From assembly GCF_024521635.1 (NCBI RefSeq), contig NW_026250404.1, positions 992,001-1,056,000 of the forward strand: a stretch of 64,000 nucleotides of DNA. The letters are read 5' to 3'. The notes below the pieces were generated by a model. That model saw nothing but the letters and a program-made list of their open reading frames with translations, was not told the DNA's origin and made no database searches. Numbering within the stretch: the stretch's first letter is position 1; each line of letters begins with the position of its first letter. Shown in pieces: positions 35,637 to 47,936 of the stretch. This stretch comes from Tricharina praecox. Its lineage: Eukaryota. A program made the position numbers and the translations under genes.

Positions 35637-37273
35637 TTAATACCTCCCCTTCTTCCCCTTGCCGGACTGGCTGGATCTGCTAGCCTTGATAGCCTTGCTA
35701 TAGTACTTGGGGCTCTTGCTCTTACTCTTGATCTTCCCGGCCTTATCCTTCTTTGCCTGCTGGTAGCGGCACCACTTGCCGCAGTACGCCGACTTCGAGG
35801 GCCTCACGCTGGCGGTGGCTGTGCGCGTAATCGTGCTCCCCTTCGTCGTTCGCGTGGCGGTCACGAATGTGTACACTACCGGAGTAGAGGCGACAGGAGC
35901 AACGTCGGTGGGGTATGCAGCTGGGGTAGTGGCAACAGGAGGAGTGGCAACAGGAGCAACGGGAGCAACGGGAGCTACCTCCGTGGTGGGCTCGGCGATG
36001 CTGCTGGCCGGGTACTCGGTGCTGCTGGGCAGGGGCAGGTACTCGCTGGTCGTGGGGTCGACGTTGGGGTTCTGCGCGCCGTTGGCGAAGCTGGTGTAGA
36101 CGGAGAAGTAGGTGGTCGGGTAGGGTTCGCCGGCCGTGGGGTCCTTGTTGGGGTTTTGGGCGCCGCTGGCGAAGCTGGTGTACACCGGGAAGTACGTGGT
36201 AGAGTACGTCTTTGTCACCAGCACCGGGAGTGGGAGTGGGGTCACGGATGCGAAGTGAGTGAAGGTGGGGAAGTAAGTGGTCGAGTAGGTCTTTGTCCGG
36301 CTCGTGGGCACAGCGAGCTGGCTCGTAGGTACGATGGGCTGGCTCACGGGAGAGGTGCCGTCGACGAAGAGCGCGGGGCCAGGCATCGGGTAGTTCTTGA
36401 ACGTCTCGCTGTTCCACACGTCGAAGATCAAGCCTGGGGTGTCGATGTTGACGTAGCCTGGAATGCTGACGGTTTCTGGCTTCGCAGTTCCGGTGGTTCC
36501 GGTGATGGTGACCTGGGCACAACCCGGGTAGAACTGGGGCGACGCCTGGCCACCAATGCTCTTGGCGCCGGCATCGTTGAGGGTCAGGAACTCGGCGCGG
36601 AGGATGTAGTCTCCGGCTTCGATGGAGCTGGGAATGGTGACCTCTTGCAGAGCATTGGCCTCTCTTAGTCTGGTGGTGCAGAACACACCGTTCGAGTCGA
36701 GTCCATCCTCCATGATCTATCTCATGTGTCAACGAAAGCTCTTTGCGTGCTCGATAAGGGTCAGTCTTACTTTGAACCAACCATCGCCTGGAGCCGTCGC
36801 AGAGGTAGAATCTGAGACCTTCTTGGCATACACCGCACATGGGCCCATATGGCTCGTGTCGGTGACACCGACCCTTTCGCCTTCATCGTTGAGAGGATAG
36901 TCGGCGGCAGGAATTTGCGGATCGACACGCCATTCGAACCCAACGATATCGCCGGCTATATGGATGGTTAGCAAGAGTAGAGTGATGCCACCTCGTACAT
37001 AGCATAGCTAGATCATACCTTGAACTGTGCACTTGTTGGTTGCCTTGCTCGAAACAATATTGCAAGCCATCTACTAGACATCAGTTGCGGAACCGCGGGG
37101 GGCAATCTTCAGAGAAAACATACAGCATCACTCGACAGATCGGTGATAGGGTTTGTACTGGATGCCTGACGGACACACGACGAATCGGCGACTCCGTTGA
37201 CATGGAAATGCGAGACCATACTGTGGGCCGAAGCCAAGCCCGCCAAAGCGGAGAGAGCGAATAAGTACTTCAT
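35637..37273 (-). CDS. AA9 lytic polysaccharide monooxygenase with a long repetitive C-terminal extension, multi-exon
   Basis: Signal MKYLFALSALAGLASA followed by His1 (HSMVSHFHVNG); SHMGPCAVYAKK; GDGWFK; IPSSIEAGDYILRAE; QFYPGCAQVTI; YPMPGP. Confidence 0.93.
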
Positions 37274-40200
37274 TGTTTTTATCCGGCTACTGTGGATGTC
37301 GGTTTTGAAATTTGAACGAGGATGTAAAGTTGGGGGCTGTTCGTGATGTTCGTCGATCGAGGCTCAAGTGCAACAGTAAAGGATTGGACGTGGAAACTCT
37401 TCAAGAGTTACACACAGAGAACTGGGTGGCGAATGAAGCACGGGAGCTTGAAGACGATGTAAAGGAATGTGGTGATAGGCCAGCTTGGTGAGGAAAAGCG
37501 AGTGGAAATGTGGGCGTTAATGTGTATTTGTATTTTGAATTGGCGACATCCCCAGCGGACCACACCCTGGCTGGAACCCGAGTTTCTCGTCGGCCAACCA
37601 TGGCAGCAAGTCCAAGGGCCGATCAGTATAGTAGAGCACATACGAGGTCAAAGGCACATCACTGGTAGCAGTTTCAGCATCTAGCGAGCCGCAGAATGGG
37701 GGAGTTAAGGCGGAGGTTGCTGTGCCCGGGGGTGGGGGGGCGTCCATGCGTGCTGTTGCTGCTGGTGCAATAAAACCATGGGACATCGCCAACGTTCGAG
37801 GGGGGCCACGGGCGTGAATCCACGGTTACACCGACCGAGCCAACTAGCGGCCGCGTATAAAGTGCCCCCTGCAGCAAGCCGCTCGCTCGCTTTCTCGTGT
37901 AGGGAGATCTGGGGGAGAGTGCGGTTCCTCGTGCGCATAGAGGGCCCAACACCGCCCCTTCAATCGATGCCGAGATACGGGCCTTTCTCCATCCACCAAG
38001 GATTCAGGGGCGAACACGTTTTTTCTTTGGAGATGCCTGCTGCAAGTGGGAGTCCGCGTTGATGTTGTTCCTGTGTCCTGGTTGTGGGTATTTCAGTGGG
38101 TCTTGGTTGGTTGGCGTGTTGTGCACGGCGGTTATCGCTGGTGCAAGCGTAGCCGGCGTCCATGTACCACGGTACTCCATGGAGTTATTAGTCTATATAC
38201 TAACCAGAGTAGCAACTAGCACCCAATCCCACCATTCGCATCCTGATGCTGCGCTGTTGCCCAGAGCTCTCCTCGCACCAATTTTGCCTCCACGGACGAG
38301 CCCGCTTGCTTCTTGTGCTTCGACCCTCCAGAATATCCTTCGAGATTATCCGGGATTCGCCGCCTCTAGCTTCGGTGCGAATCCCGTCTAAATACTCCCT
38401 ACTCTTGTACTCTACTCTGACATCAGTGAGGCTGGAACCTCGAAAAAAAGCAACTACGCCGTGAACACATAGCGTCGTTCCTTCAGTAATCTCACGTTAC
38501 GGTCGGTGCATAGGAGGGGCATAGGTACTCGTACTACCTGCTCTGCGATACCGTGACAAGGAGATGCCCAATGGGGGGCTGGGATAACGAACAAGCATTC
38601 CGGAGTCGTGTAGACATCCCCCTCCTCCTCTCGGCCAGGAAACAGATTGAAACGCGGCAAAAGAAACCACGAGCCCAAGCGAGATGTCAGGCACGGATGT
38701 GCCGAATGCTGTAGATGTGTGTAATTGCGGCGGCGCAGCCTGGAAGACTGGGAGCCGAGGCCTAAGGCAAGGGGAAATGTATGTAAATATGACTCTGCGC
38801 AGAGGAAAGAGCAGGCAGGCAGATACCAGTACCTACCGGTAGGTATGGCTCCTGAATGCAAGGCAAGAGGGAGTGCCGCCGCCGACGACGCCATCCGATA
38901 TAGCTTCGGTCAGTGGGTGGCGATGGGTGTCTATCGACAAGGCTTACAGGTTGTAGGGTTCCAGCTTCCGGTGGGCGCGTGCAAGTCTGTGAGTGAGCGG
39001 GGAAGACTCAGCGGAGAGGAGAGGGGGGGGTTTCTTCGGAATTGATTCTCCGTAGGGGTTCCCGTTTCGGGCAAAAGAAAGGAAAGCTGCTTGCTTACAA
39101 GGGAATTAGGATTTTACATACTCCGGGGTGATTGTTCGAACTGTGCCACCTATTGGACCGCACGGAAAGGACAGGACCCCCTGAGCGCGAAAACGTAAGA
39201 AGGAGCACAGGTTACATTCACTAATACCTGGATACCTGTTATCCGGGCACAGGAATCGCAGCGCAGGCCCAGCAGCACCCCGAAGAACCTCTCACCTGTA
39301 TGTCAACGAGGCGCCACGGTGGCGCGTCTTTCATCTATTGCAAACTTTTCGGACACGATACGCACTCGAAAACATGGACTTTCACGTTTCGAGGGTTTTC
39401 TCGCCACGATGAACCTTCCACGATGCGAATCTTGCAGTCGTCGTCGATTGCCGTCGATTCGATCTCGGGCGCTGCGGTCTCCGCCTCGACTCCGGATGCC
39501 CGCGGCTGCCCCTTGTTTTTGTAGCCGCACAGGCTCCAGTTGGTGAGATGGAACGGCACAGCACATGCAATAGTGGTGCGCCCCCATCCATGCCCGGAAC
39601 AAGGTAATAAGGATTCTCCGAAGGATCTATCCGAATTGCTTTTTCGTTTGTGAGAGCACGGATGCTGAAGTTCAACGCACCTATGAGGTACCTACTCTAG
39701 TAATCTCATAGCCTCTCACGCGAGCTGGGATTCAGCATCGATATCCTGGTGAAACCTGCCCGAGCAACACAGTGACAGTGGGGTGGAACCGGAAAGTTAT
39801 GTAAGTGCCATGATGATTAAACAAACAGCCCCGAGCAACAGACCGAGCTTCCGTGCTGGTCGTAGTCTTCCCGACGCCCGGATCCCAACCACATTAAAGA
39901 CCAGACAAGCCTTGGACTAGGTCTGTAGTTAAGCTCAATCCACTTTCGCGTGAATAATATGTACCATAGTCGGGGTGAAATTTCAGTGGTATGTATGTGC
40001 ATTATGCACTCTGGATACTTCGTATTGGTCTTTAACTAACCAACGATCCTCACCACGGCTCAATCCGTCAACGGTTAACTAAGGTGTCCAACCCGCGCTT
40101 AAAACTGCATAAGCACCCGCGCTCCCTCTAGCTTGCTCGACGATGTGCGCCAGAGCTGCAGCTAACTAGCACTGTTCCGGCCGGGGAGATTTGATGCAGG

Positions 40201-42491
40201 AGAATCAACGGCGGGCGTAAATCATGCGCGATCTCGAACTCTTCTTCTTCTTAGATTTAGGTCTGGTACATAAAAGTAAGCAAGCAGTTGCTCGACATAT
40301 GCACCGCGCCGCAGACCGCTCACACTCGTACATAGCATCCCGACCGGGTCAGACTCCAGTCGGCAGTCCCTCCGGGATCGATGATGGCGACCCGTGCTTG
40401 GCTATCCGTCCTGCCTCATCTCATCTCGAGCTCGGAGAAGGAGAAGTTCCCGTTTCGTTCCCACTCGTCAGTGGCGCAATGGGTCCATGACGATACCATG
40501 CACGCCGGGTCTCGGCCGGTGTGGACATGAGACAGATACATCTAATAGGTAGTAAAGCACTCGCCCCCATGGTATTCCACGGCTAGAGTATTCCACAACT
40601 ATTCCACTAAACTAAGGGGCTGAATCGATTGGCATAGGTATTCCGAATCCCACTCTCCACAAAAAGTGTTTCTCCTGTTTCGCCCCCGTATGGCTTAGGG
40701 TGGGTATGCGCCTTTTTCGAATGATACGCGGGAAATAGGTATGCATAACTATGTACCTGGCTGTTGTCTCAACTATTTACTGGTAGTTACGTGCTCACGC
40801 GACATACCTCCTACATACTCCAGCATAAATCCAGCCACAAGATCTCTGAGCTTCGAGCTGCAGATCCTATGCATAAACTTGGTAGCCTTCCCGAATTCCG
40901 AATCCGCATCGATTCCACGATTCCACGATTCCATGCATCGTACATATCGAATGCACGAGAGGTTAGTGGCCGTCAGGGTTGCGATCTCCGCACCACTTCA
41001 CTCTCTACATACGAGTACGGTATGCGGTATGCGGTAGAGTACCGACCCATGCGCAAAGCCTGCCCTTCAAAGTTCCAATAACCTCCGGTCGATCGAGAAG
41101 CACTCCCGTAAACCCGTAACCCGTAAACCCGTTGCAAGCTCGCCGATCCGGGGCGGGGCGGTCGAATATCGGACGATTCTCGAATACGGGGAGGGAGGGA
41201 GGGAATCGAGTGCTGGATAAAGTACGTAAGTATGTAGGAAGTAGGTACCTAAATACCTTGTTAGCTCCAATCTTCAACTTATGGTTCTTCCCTCCGGTGA
41301 CTTTGGAACATTGATCATGCATTAGTTAAGCTAACGGTGGGGGTCGGTGGTGGCCGGTGGTGGTGGGGATGGCCGATGGTTCACCGGGTCACCCGGGGTT
41401 GGATGAGGATAAGGACGCCCGTGTATGGTACATACATGGCCGGATTGGCGGGGCCGACCGGTTGGTTGGAGCAGTCAGACTGGCCCGGAGGATTCTACAT
41501 ATCCTAGGCCCCACCTTTGGTCGGCCCGGCGGGCTAATACCTACCATGTTTACCGTGGGTATACCTAGAAGTCCCGTAAACGCTCACGACTCACGACAGA
41601 TGTCTGAGTACTTTTCTCTTCTTCCCCAAGCCCGAAGCCCGTTTTATCCCCGACGACCGGGATACCTATGGGCTGAGGCGAGTCGACATGCGATGACACT
41701 GGCAGTACTATCGGAAGACGACGATTCGGAAGTTATGCTACCCAGCAGAAAGAATATAAATTTTCAAATGAAAGCTAGGATACACGACACGATACGAGCA
41801 ATGCTAGGAGCATTGAACTGATGCTGGCAAGAATCATATACAGCAGATATCACTCCGCAACTATAGTTCTACGCCTGTGTTGTCTGGCCATCTTTGAGGC
41901 CCCAAACACACGGTACACCTGATATCTTTGCTGTATATATGCGGTTTATGCATTGAAGAGTTCCGAATCGAATAGGACTGGAATGAAGAACCCATCTATA
42001 TCGATTTTTCGAGTGGGAACTGAGGGAGCGTCTGCTTCACGTTGCCCCATGAGAAATACAGTGAGCGAGAATACTCTCTTCACCATAACATCTATCTATC
42101 TGTAAGTTACGGGTGACGAAAACACCTCGAGAGAGCCGAGTAAACACTTACTCTGACTTTCAGCCAAGGCATGTATCCGTATTCCTCGAAACTTGGCAGC
42201 TCAAGCCGCGGAGTCACAAGGAATCACCGGAGGTGATCGCGTCACTCTCAGCGATATCTTAGGTACGATCAATCCCACTCCCTCATGTAGCGGCCAGAGA
42301 AGCAACTTTGACTTTGGCAGTACTGCTTCATCTCGTTCCGGCACTGCCGAACATCTCGACGAAGAAACTCGGCGTCTACAACCTGCTGTACACCATAGCG
42401 GCAGCAACATACACGATCAGGAGCCTGTATATATCTAGAAACTAAAAAGAAACATATCACTATTGCTCGTCCTGATGGGATCATCTCATCT

Positions 42492-43289
42492 TTACCGTTC
42501 ACTATGTTGGAACTCCCAGTCACTGTCCGGTGACCAACTGTTGAGTGGGAACTCTGCTACAAGCTCGGCGTCCTCTTCTGAGATCCGTACCTCGCTCACA
42601 CTCCCATCTGCGACGTATCCTTGCTGCCTCCCATCTCCAGCTCGGCCCTCTTCCACATCTACATCCATAGGATCCTCTCGTGGGAGCCTTGCACCGCCTT
42701 CAACCTCAAGCGCAGCAGTGGCGAGGGTGTTAAGATCATATCCGTATATTTGAGAAGCGGGAGAACCAGGGGGTGCCTGAGGCGTCGGGAGCCTCCAGTC
42801 CGGATACTGCTGCGTCAGGCCTGCAATCTGCTCCGCGACTCTTTCCACGGTCTGTTCCATGACGACAAACCCGCCGCTCGCAGCCTCCGGCTGCGAGACC
42901 AGATGCATCTCCCACTCGCTGTCTTCGTCGTACATATAGAGGCTTTCCCCATCGCTGTCATAGTGGGTGTACTCGTCGCAGTCGCAGTAGATGTAGTTCT
43001 GATCGTCCGGGTAGAACTCCTCGACGCCTCGCCTACCGGCAGGCGTCTCAACGAACGTCACTTCCGCACGGCAGTAGGGACACGTAGCATCGACGTCGGA
43101 GCGCTGCTCGCGGAGCCACGCCTCGACGCACGCGACGCACAGATCGTTGTGGCCGCAGGGGAGTAGGCGGCTGTTGTTCCCCCGGGGTATGGGCTCGTAA
43201 CAGACACCGCAAGTCGGGGCCTTGGAGCTGGGTGGCGTCGGAGGGTTCGAATGGAGTTCTTCGGTATCTGGAGGTGGTGGGGCTGCCAT
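42492..43289 (-). CDS. C3HC4 RING-finger protein (putative E3 ligase)
   Basis: CGVC...LPCGHNDLCVAC...CPYC near the N-terminus; acidic disordered remainder; intronless 265 aa. Confidence 0.8.
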   Translation of the reverse strand: MAAPPPPDTEELHSNPPTPPSSKAPTCGVCYEPIPRGNNSRLLPCGHNDLCVACVEAWLREQRSDVDATCPYCRAEVTFVETPAGRRGVEEFYPDDQNYIYCDCDEYTHYDSDGESLYMYDEDSEWEMHLVSQPEAASGGFVVMEQTVERVAEQIAGLTQQYPDWRLPTPQAPPGSPASQIYGYDLNTLATAALEVEGGARLPREDPMDVDVEEGRAGDGRQQGYVADGSVSEVRISEEDAELVAEFPLNSWSPDSDWEFQHSER

Positions 43290-44378
43290 TGGTTTTGTTT
43301 CTGGAATTCACTTGGGCGAAAGGCTTCTCTAAACCTTTTTTTTGTGCTAGATTGATGGCTCGCAACACGAGTCGCCCTTTCCTTCGACATGGCTGCCCTC
43401 GGCGGTTTGGTCGTGGGACTCGGCGCCGTCATCACGAGCGGAAACTCGCCCGCCACCGCGGTTGGGGATCCGTCATGTGAGTTCGCCAACCCGGCTTCGA
43501 CCCGAACAAGTTGTATTATTACGGCAAGCAGCGTCAGATACGGGTCGTACTGCTCTAGGAGAGCGATTTTCTCTCTAGGCGTCCGATCCCTTTGGGTAGA
43601 TCCACATGCTTTCCTCAACATGTAGTCAGCCCTCGATTTAAACGCTGATATCGGTGCCGTCTGCTTCTCGTGACTTACTAGGAGAGACCCAAACAGTATT
43701 TCTATCAACTGCTGCTTTCTGGACCACGCTTCAAACGGACTAGGGTGTCTAGTTGAGTGAAAAATACTCCTTTGGGATGTAGTATATCAACGGGAGACTA
43801 GTGACCTCAATCGCCGGGTCGAATTCTCTCGGCGGGGACTGGCCAAATTGTCTTGGCGGGTCGAAATCTGTCGGCGGGCTTTACAAGAGTCAATACTCGA
43901 TACTCATATATGTAACGGGCGTTGAGTTGTTTTAACCCAAAAGGGTCTGCCCTATCTACAAAGAACTGTTGCAGAGAGTTTGTTGGCCAATCACAGTACT
44001 CGGCATCTTTTTTCTCACACCTCATTGATTTGTACTCACACCGCTAGTCACAACGAGGCCTTAGCGTGGTGTTAGCGTAGACACATGATGTGAACGCTCC
44101 CCGATCCACCTATAAATCGCACGATATTCTTCTTCTTCTTTTGCTTCCCTCGTATCTACCATAATCATCCCGCGTCCCCGCCATAACTATCCCGTGCCCC
44201 CGTCATAATCATTCCACCAGCTTTCCACGTACCTGTCGCCAATAATCCAAATTCCTATTTGATAAATAATGTATGTTGTCGCTTCTTCCCGAACCCTCTT
44301 TGGCACTTGCTCGTACAAACCATCTTCTCGGTGACAAGATTCACTGATACTGACATCGCTTAGTCCGTCGCAGTAATT

Positions 44379-46059
44379 ATGCACCCAGAACACTGGTACA
44401 ATAATCTCGGGGGAGAGGGTGAGGACGACGCCGAGTCTCTCGACGGCGAGGGAAACGTGGAGCTCGACCTCGAAACACCTATGAAATCAAAATTCACCGT
44501 TTCGTCCAGGTTGGATTGCTCGGACAACAAGTTGACGGAGATCTCTCTTGTCAACGAAGACTTTCTTCCCGCTCAGACAATCATGAACGCCGACGACAAT
44601 GGCAACGGAGTGTTTGGCAACACCTTGAAGATGCGACAGTTCCAATACCTTAAGGCCATCCAAATCGCGAAGGAGAACGATGAAAAAGGAAACCATGGAT
44701 TCAATATCAAGTGGGATGAACACCCGAGCACCATCATTTCCGCTCTGGAGGATTGCGGAGCTGCACCTACACTCTCGGACGACAGAATGAACGAAACTAG
44801 CACCCGGAAGGCATTTGATCCTAAAGCGCCGCATTTTGACGTTATCGTTATCAATCTATTGGAAAGTCCGTATTTTCCCAAGGATACTGTCGTCCCCGAA
44901 GGTGGTCTACGTCCGACTTTGATGGACGACTTGCCGATATCTAGTTTATTGGGAAGACCCGGTTTTATCATCATGCACATTGGAGGAACCGCCTTGGGAA
45001 GGGAAGAGGGAATGCGTCTATTTGATGTCTGGAAAATAAAAACCCTTGAAACAATAACATGGTTGCCAAAAGTTATTGAGACGCTGCACGCGAACCAGCG
45101 TGGACACGGAGTTCTTTCTTCTTCTTCGGAAGATTTTCTCGTTGGGTTGAAGGGAAACATTAACCGGTAAGACACCCCTCCCCCCAATTGTTCTCCGCAA
45201 TATCCGCTAACCCAACAAAAGGTCGAAAGACTCGAATATCGTCCACTGTAACGTCTCCGGGGACGTTATGGTCAGCAGCCAGCGCCCGCAGATGGAGTTC
45301 TTGGCCGAGAAATTTTCAAATGGGCAGCGAAGGCTGTCAATCTTTGTGCCCTCTGGCGCCCCCCGTCCTGGCTGGGTGCAGATGGGAAGAGACCTCTGCA
45401 ACAACTTCGACTGTCGCGAATGGCTCCAAAAGTGGCAAGGCAAGGACAGCTGGCTACTGAAGATAACCGATGACATTGAGTATTTCCGGCCGAAGTCACC
45501 TTCTGATACCGGTTCAAATGGCCAGGGTGATTTTCTAGAGGATATCGACGAAATCATCAGAAGGTTGAAGACGGAACACCTAGCTGGTGAAACGAATACT
45601 CAGAACTCTGAAGCTCACGTGTCGGCTGAGGCACCAGAACTCGAAGCAAACGAACATGAATGGCACTTTCAGACGAGATCCGACCCCTTGGCTCGCACCG
45701 AGTTCGACTACAGATTTCCCACCCCCCCTCCGGATATCGTGTCTCGTACCGAGTTCGACTTCAGGCTTCCCTCTCCTCCTCCAGGTAACTTGGACCATAG
45801 CACCGGCTATGACTACGATGCGAGGTTTACCTTCTACCCCTCGGGCATCTCGGACCGCGCCACTGCTGGGGACGGTGAATCTCCACATACGGGCAACAGG
45901 GACTTCGAAGGCGGCTTCTTCGCAGTTGGCTTTCGCTCTCCCACAGCTTCGCCTGTTCACTCTCCTCCCCGACCTTCGTCATTCCTCACCCCCTCCCAAA
46001 CTTCTCCTGTTCGCTCTCTCCAAATATCCCCCCCCCCCCTCTCCCCCCGCCTCCCCTGA
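44379..46059 (+). CDS. MT-A70 family protein, Kar4/METTL14-like (non-catalytic m6A writer subunit)
   Basis: FDVIVIN (no DPPW), DDLPISSLLGRPGFIIMHIG, FLVGLKGNINRSKDSNIVHCNVSGDVMV, AEKFSNGQRRLSIF, PRPGWVQMGRD, IEYFRPKSP are collinear with Kar4/METTL14 motifs. Intron 45167-45221 restores the frame. Confidence 0.82.
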
Positions 46060-46313
46060 GCAGCCCGCGGCCCGTATCCTCAATTTCGAGACCTACCGTG
46101 AGCGCGTTGGAAACGACCTGACTCTGTCGTGGATTGAGTCTGATTAAATTCGTGGGGTTTGGCACATAACTAGTCCAATATCATACTAATAGGACTTGTT
46201 TGGGTTTGGTACACAATCCGTCCGGCTATGATAATAAAATGACTCTGTTGGCCCGGTTACCGTGTTTTTTTCTGTGATTTTCTGTGATTTTCTGTGATAT
46301 GTAGGAACTGGAG

Positions 46314-46506
46314 CAGGGCTGTCAACCGTCCGTCCCGTCCGTCTTTGAGGTTGCCCGGCCCGGGACGGAATTAGTCGGGCTGAGGAGACGAAGGACTACA
46401 GTCTTCCGGGCAGGAGAAATGAGGACGGATACCCTACAGGGCCCGGAGAGTAGTCGGACACTAAGAACTAGTGGACTGTAGTCCGGACGGACGGTTGACA
46501 GCCCTG
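46314..46506. mobile_element. 193-bp hAT-type MITE
   Basis: 22-bp perfect TIRs CAGGGCTGTCAACCGTCCGTCC / GGACGGACGGTTGACAGCCCTG, flanked by the 8-bp direct repeat AACTGGAG (46306-46313 and 46507-46514). Confidence 0.93.
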
Positions 46507-46741
46507 AACTGGAGTGGATTTCTAGTCATCTACTAGTAGTTAAGGACGAGCCAGTAACCCGTGATATGAACTACCATAGCCGTAGCCGTAGCTGTACAAC
46601 TAACAGGATTGGGTTTCCTGCTTTCTATTTCACCATTGATCGTATGTAGTTTACGGTATCTAGACTAGGTATGGCGATTTTCGGGTGCGGCTTTGATTTC
46701 TCCAGTTTCTCACTACGGCCTGATGTAAAAAACCGAGTGAC

Positions 46742-47172
46742 CAGTGCCTCCGATAGTCCAGTCCAGTCCGTCCGGACCCAGGACGGGACTGGACTACATA
46801 CATCTAGTCCGTCCGGAGGTGTCTGTCGGACAGACTAGGTAGTCCACCAGTCCAGTAAGGCCGGACAGGACGGACTGCAGTCCAACCCGTCCAGAAAATT
46901 GGCGGACGGGACGGACTACGTTTTCTTCCGCCCTCAAAAAGGCACGGACGAGACTGGACTGGACCTTTTCAGTCCGTCTCGTCCGGGCTGCAGTCCGGAC
47001 CGGACTATGTCGAATACTGCACTGCACATAGGTAGTTCGACCCAAAAACTTCAGAAAGTGTCCGTCTGTCAGTCTGTCAGTCTGCAGTCCGAGGCGGCAA
47101 ATCTTGGCCCAAGGACGGACTGAATTCAAAACCGTCCTCCAATTTTATGGACTGGACTGGACTGGACTATCG
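46742..47172. mobile_element. Degenerate MITE-like element built from AGTCC/GGACT and GTCC/GGAC motifs
   Basis: Inverted ends CGATAGTCCAGTCCAGTCC (46751) and GGACTGGACTGGACTATCG (to 47172); many internal motif copies on both strands; no convincing TSD found. Confidence 0.65.
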
Positions 47173-47936
47173 ACTATCGCGAGCCGGATCGAGTGCGAGC
47201 TGATGAAAATATCGAGTGCGAATCTGTGAATGAATCCGCGCCCACCCGGGCTCCACTGGTCATTTCGCCTCCGACGGCGGAACCAGTTACGAAGAGAGAT
47301 ACAGACGCCCACAGGAGACTCCTGCCGGGGCAAATGTGTAGCCCTCTACAATCATCATTTTTGGGTCTTTTCGAGTGCTCGAAGACCACTCTACAAGTAC
47401 TGGCTTGATAGATAGATGTCCCAACTTGTGCACCATCCTATCGGTACTGTTTGATCCTATGCCCCACAGAGTCACAGGAACAAAAACGTCCGGTCCAGTC
47501 GAAATCAGTAGCAATAGATCATGTAACACTTCCATGCTGTGGAGATGAGGAGATATTGCGAGCGCCACACCATGCACATGTAACGAACTCACCGTTCGGC
47601 CATCCTCCACCCCATGAGTCGTTTCTTCACATCCGTTTATCAATCACTGTATTGAGAAGCGTACATATCAACCATTGCAGTAAGTGAAAAGCAAGTTATG
47701 TAAGGAAGCAGGACCATTTCATATGCTCCTCTCATCAGGTAAAAAAAAAGAACCCCCATCAGACCAGACCAAACGCCCCAATAGAATAGAAAGAAACACA
47801 AGTCATCATCCGCCCCGTACCATCCATCCAGCAGATCTGTGTACATGCAACAGATCTGTGTAGGTATGCATAGCAAGAACGTAACCCAAGTAAACAACAA
47901 AAACCACGAGGAGAAACACCCGACCCCCACCTGCTT

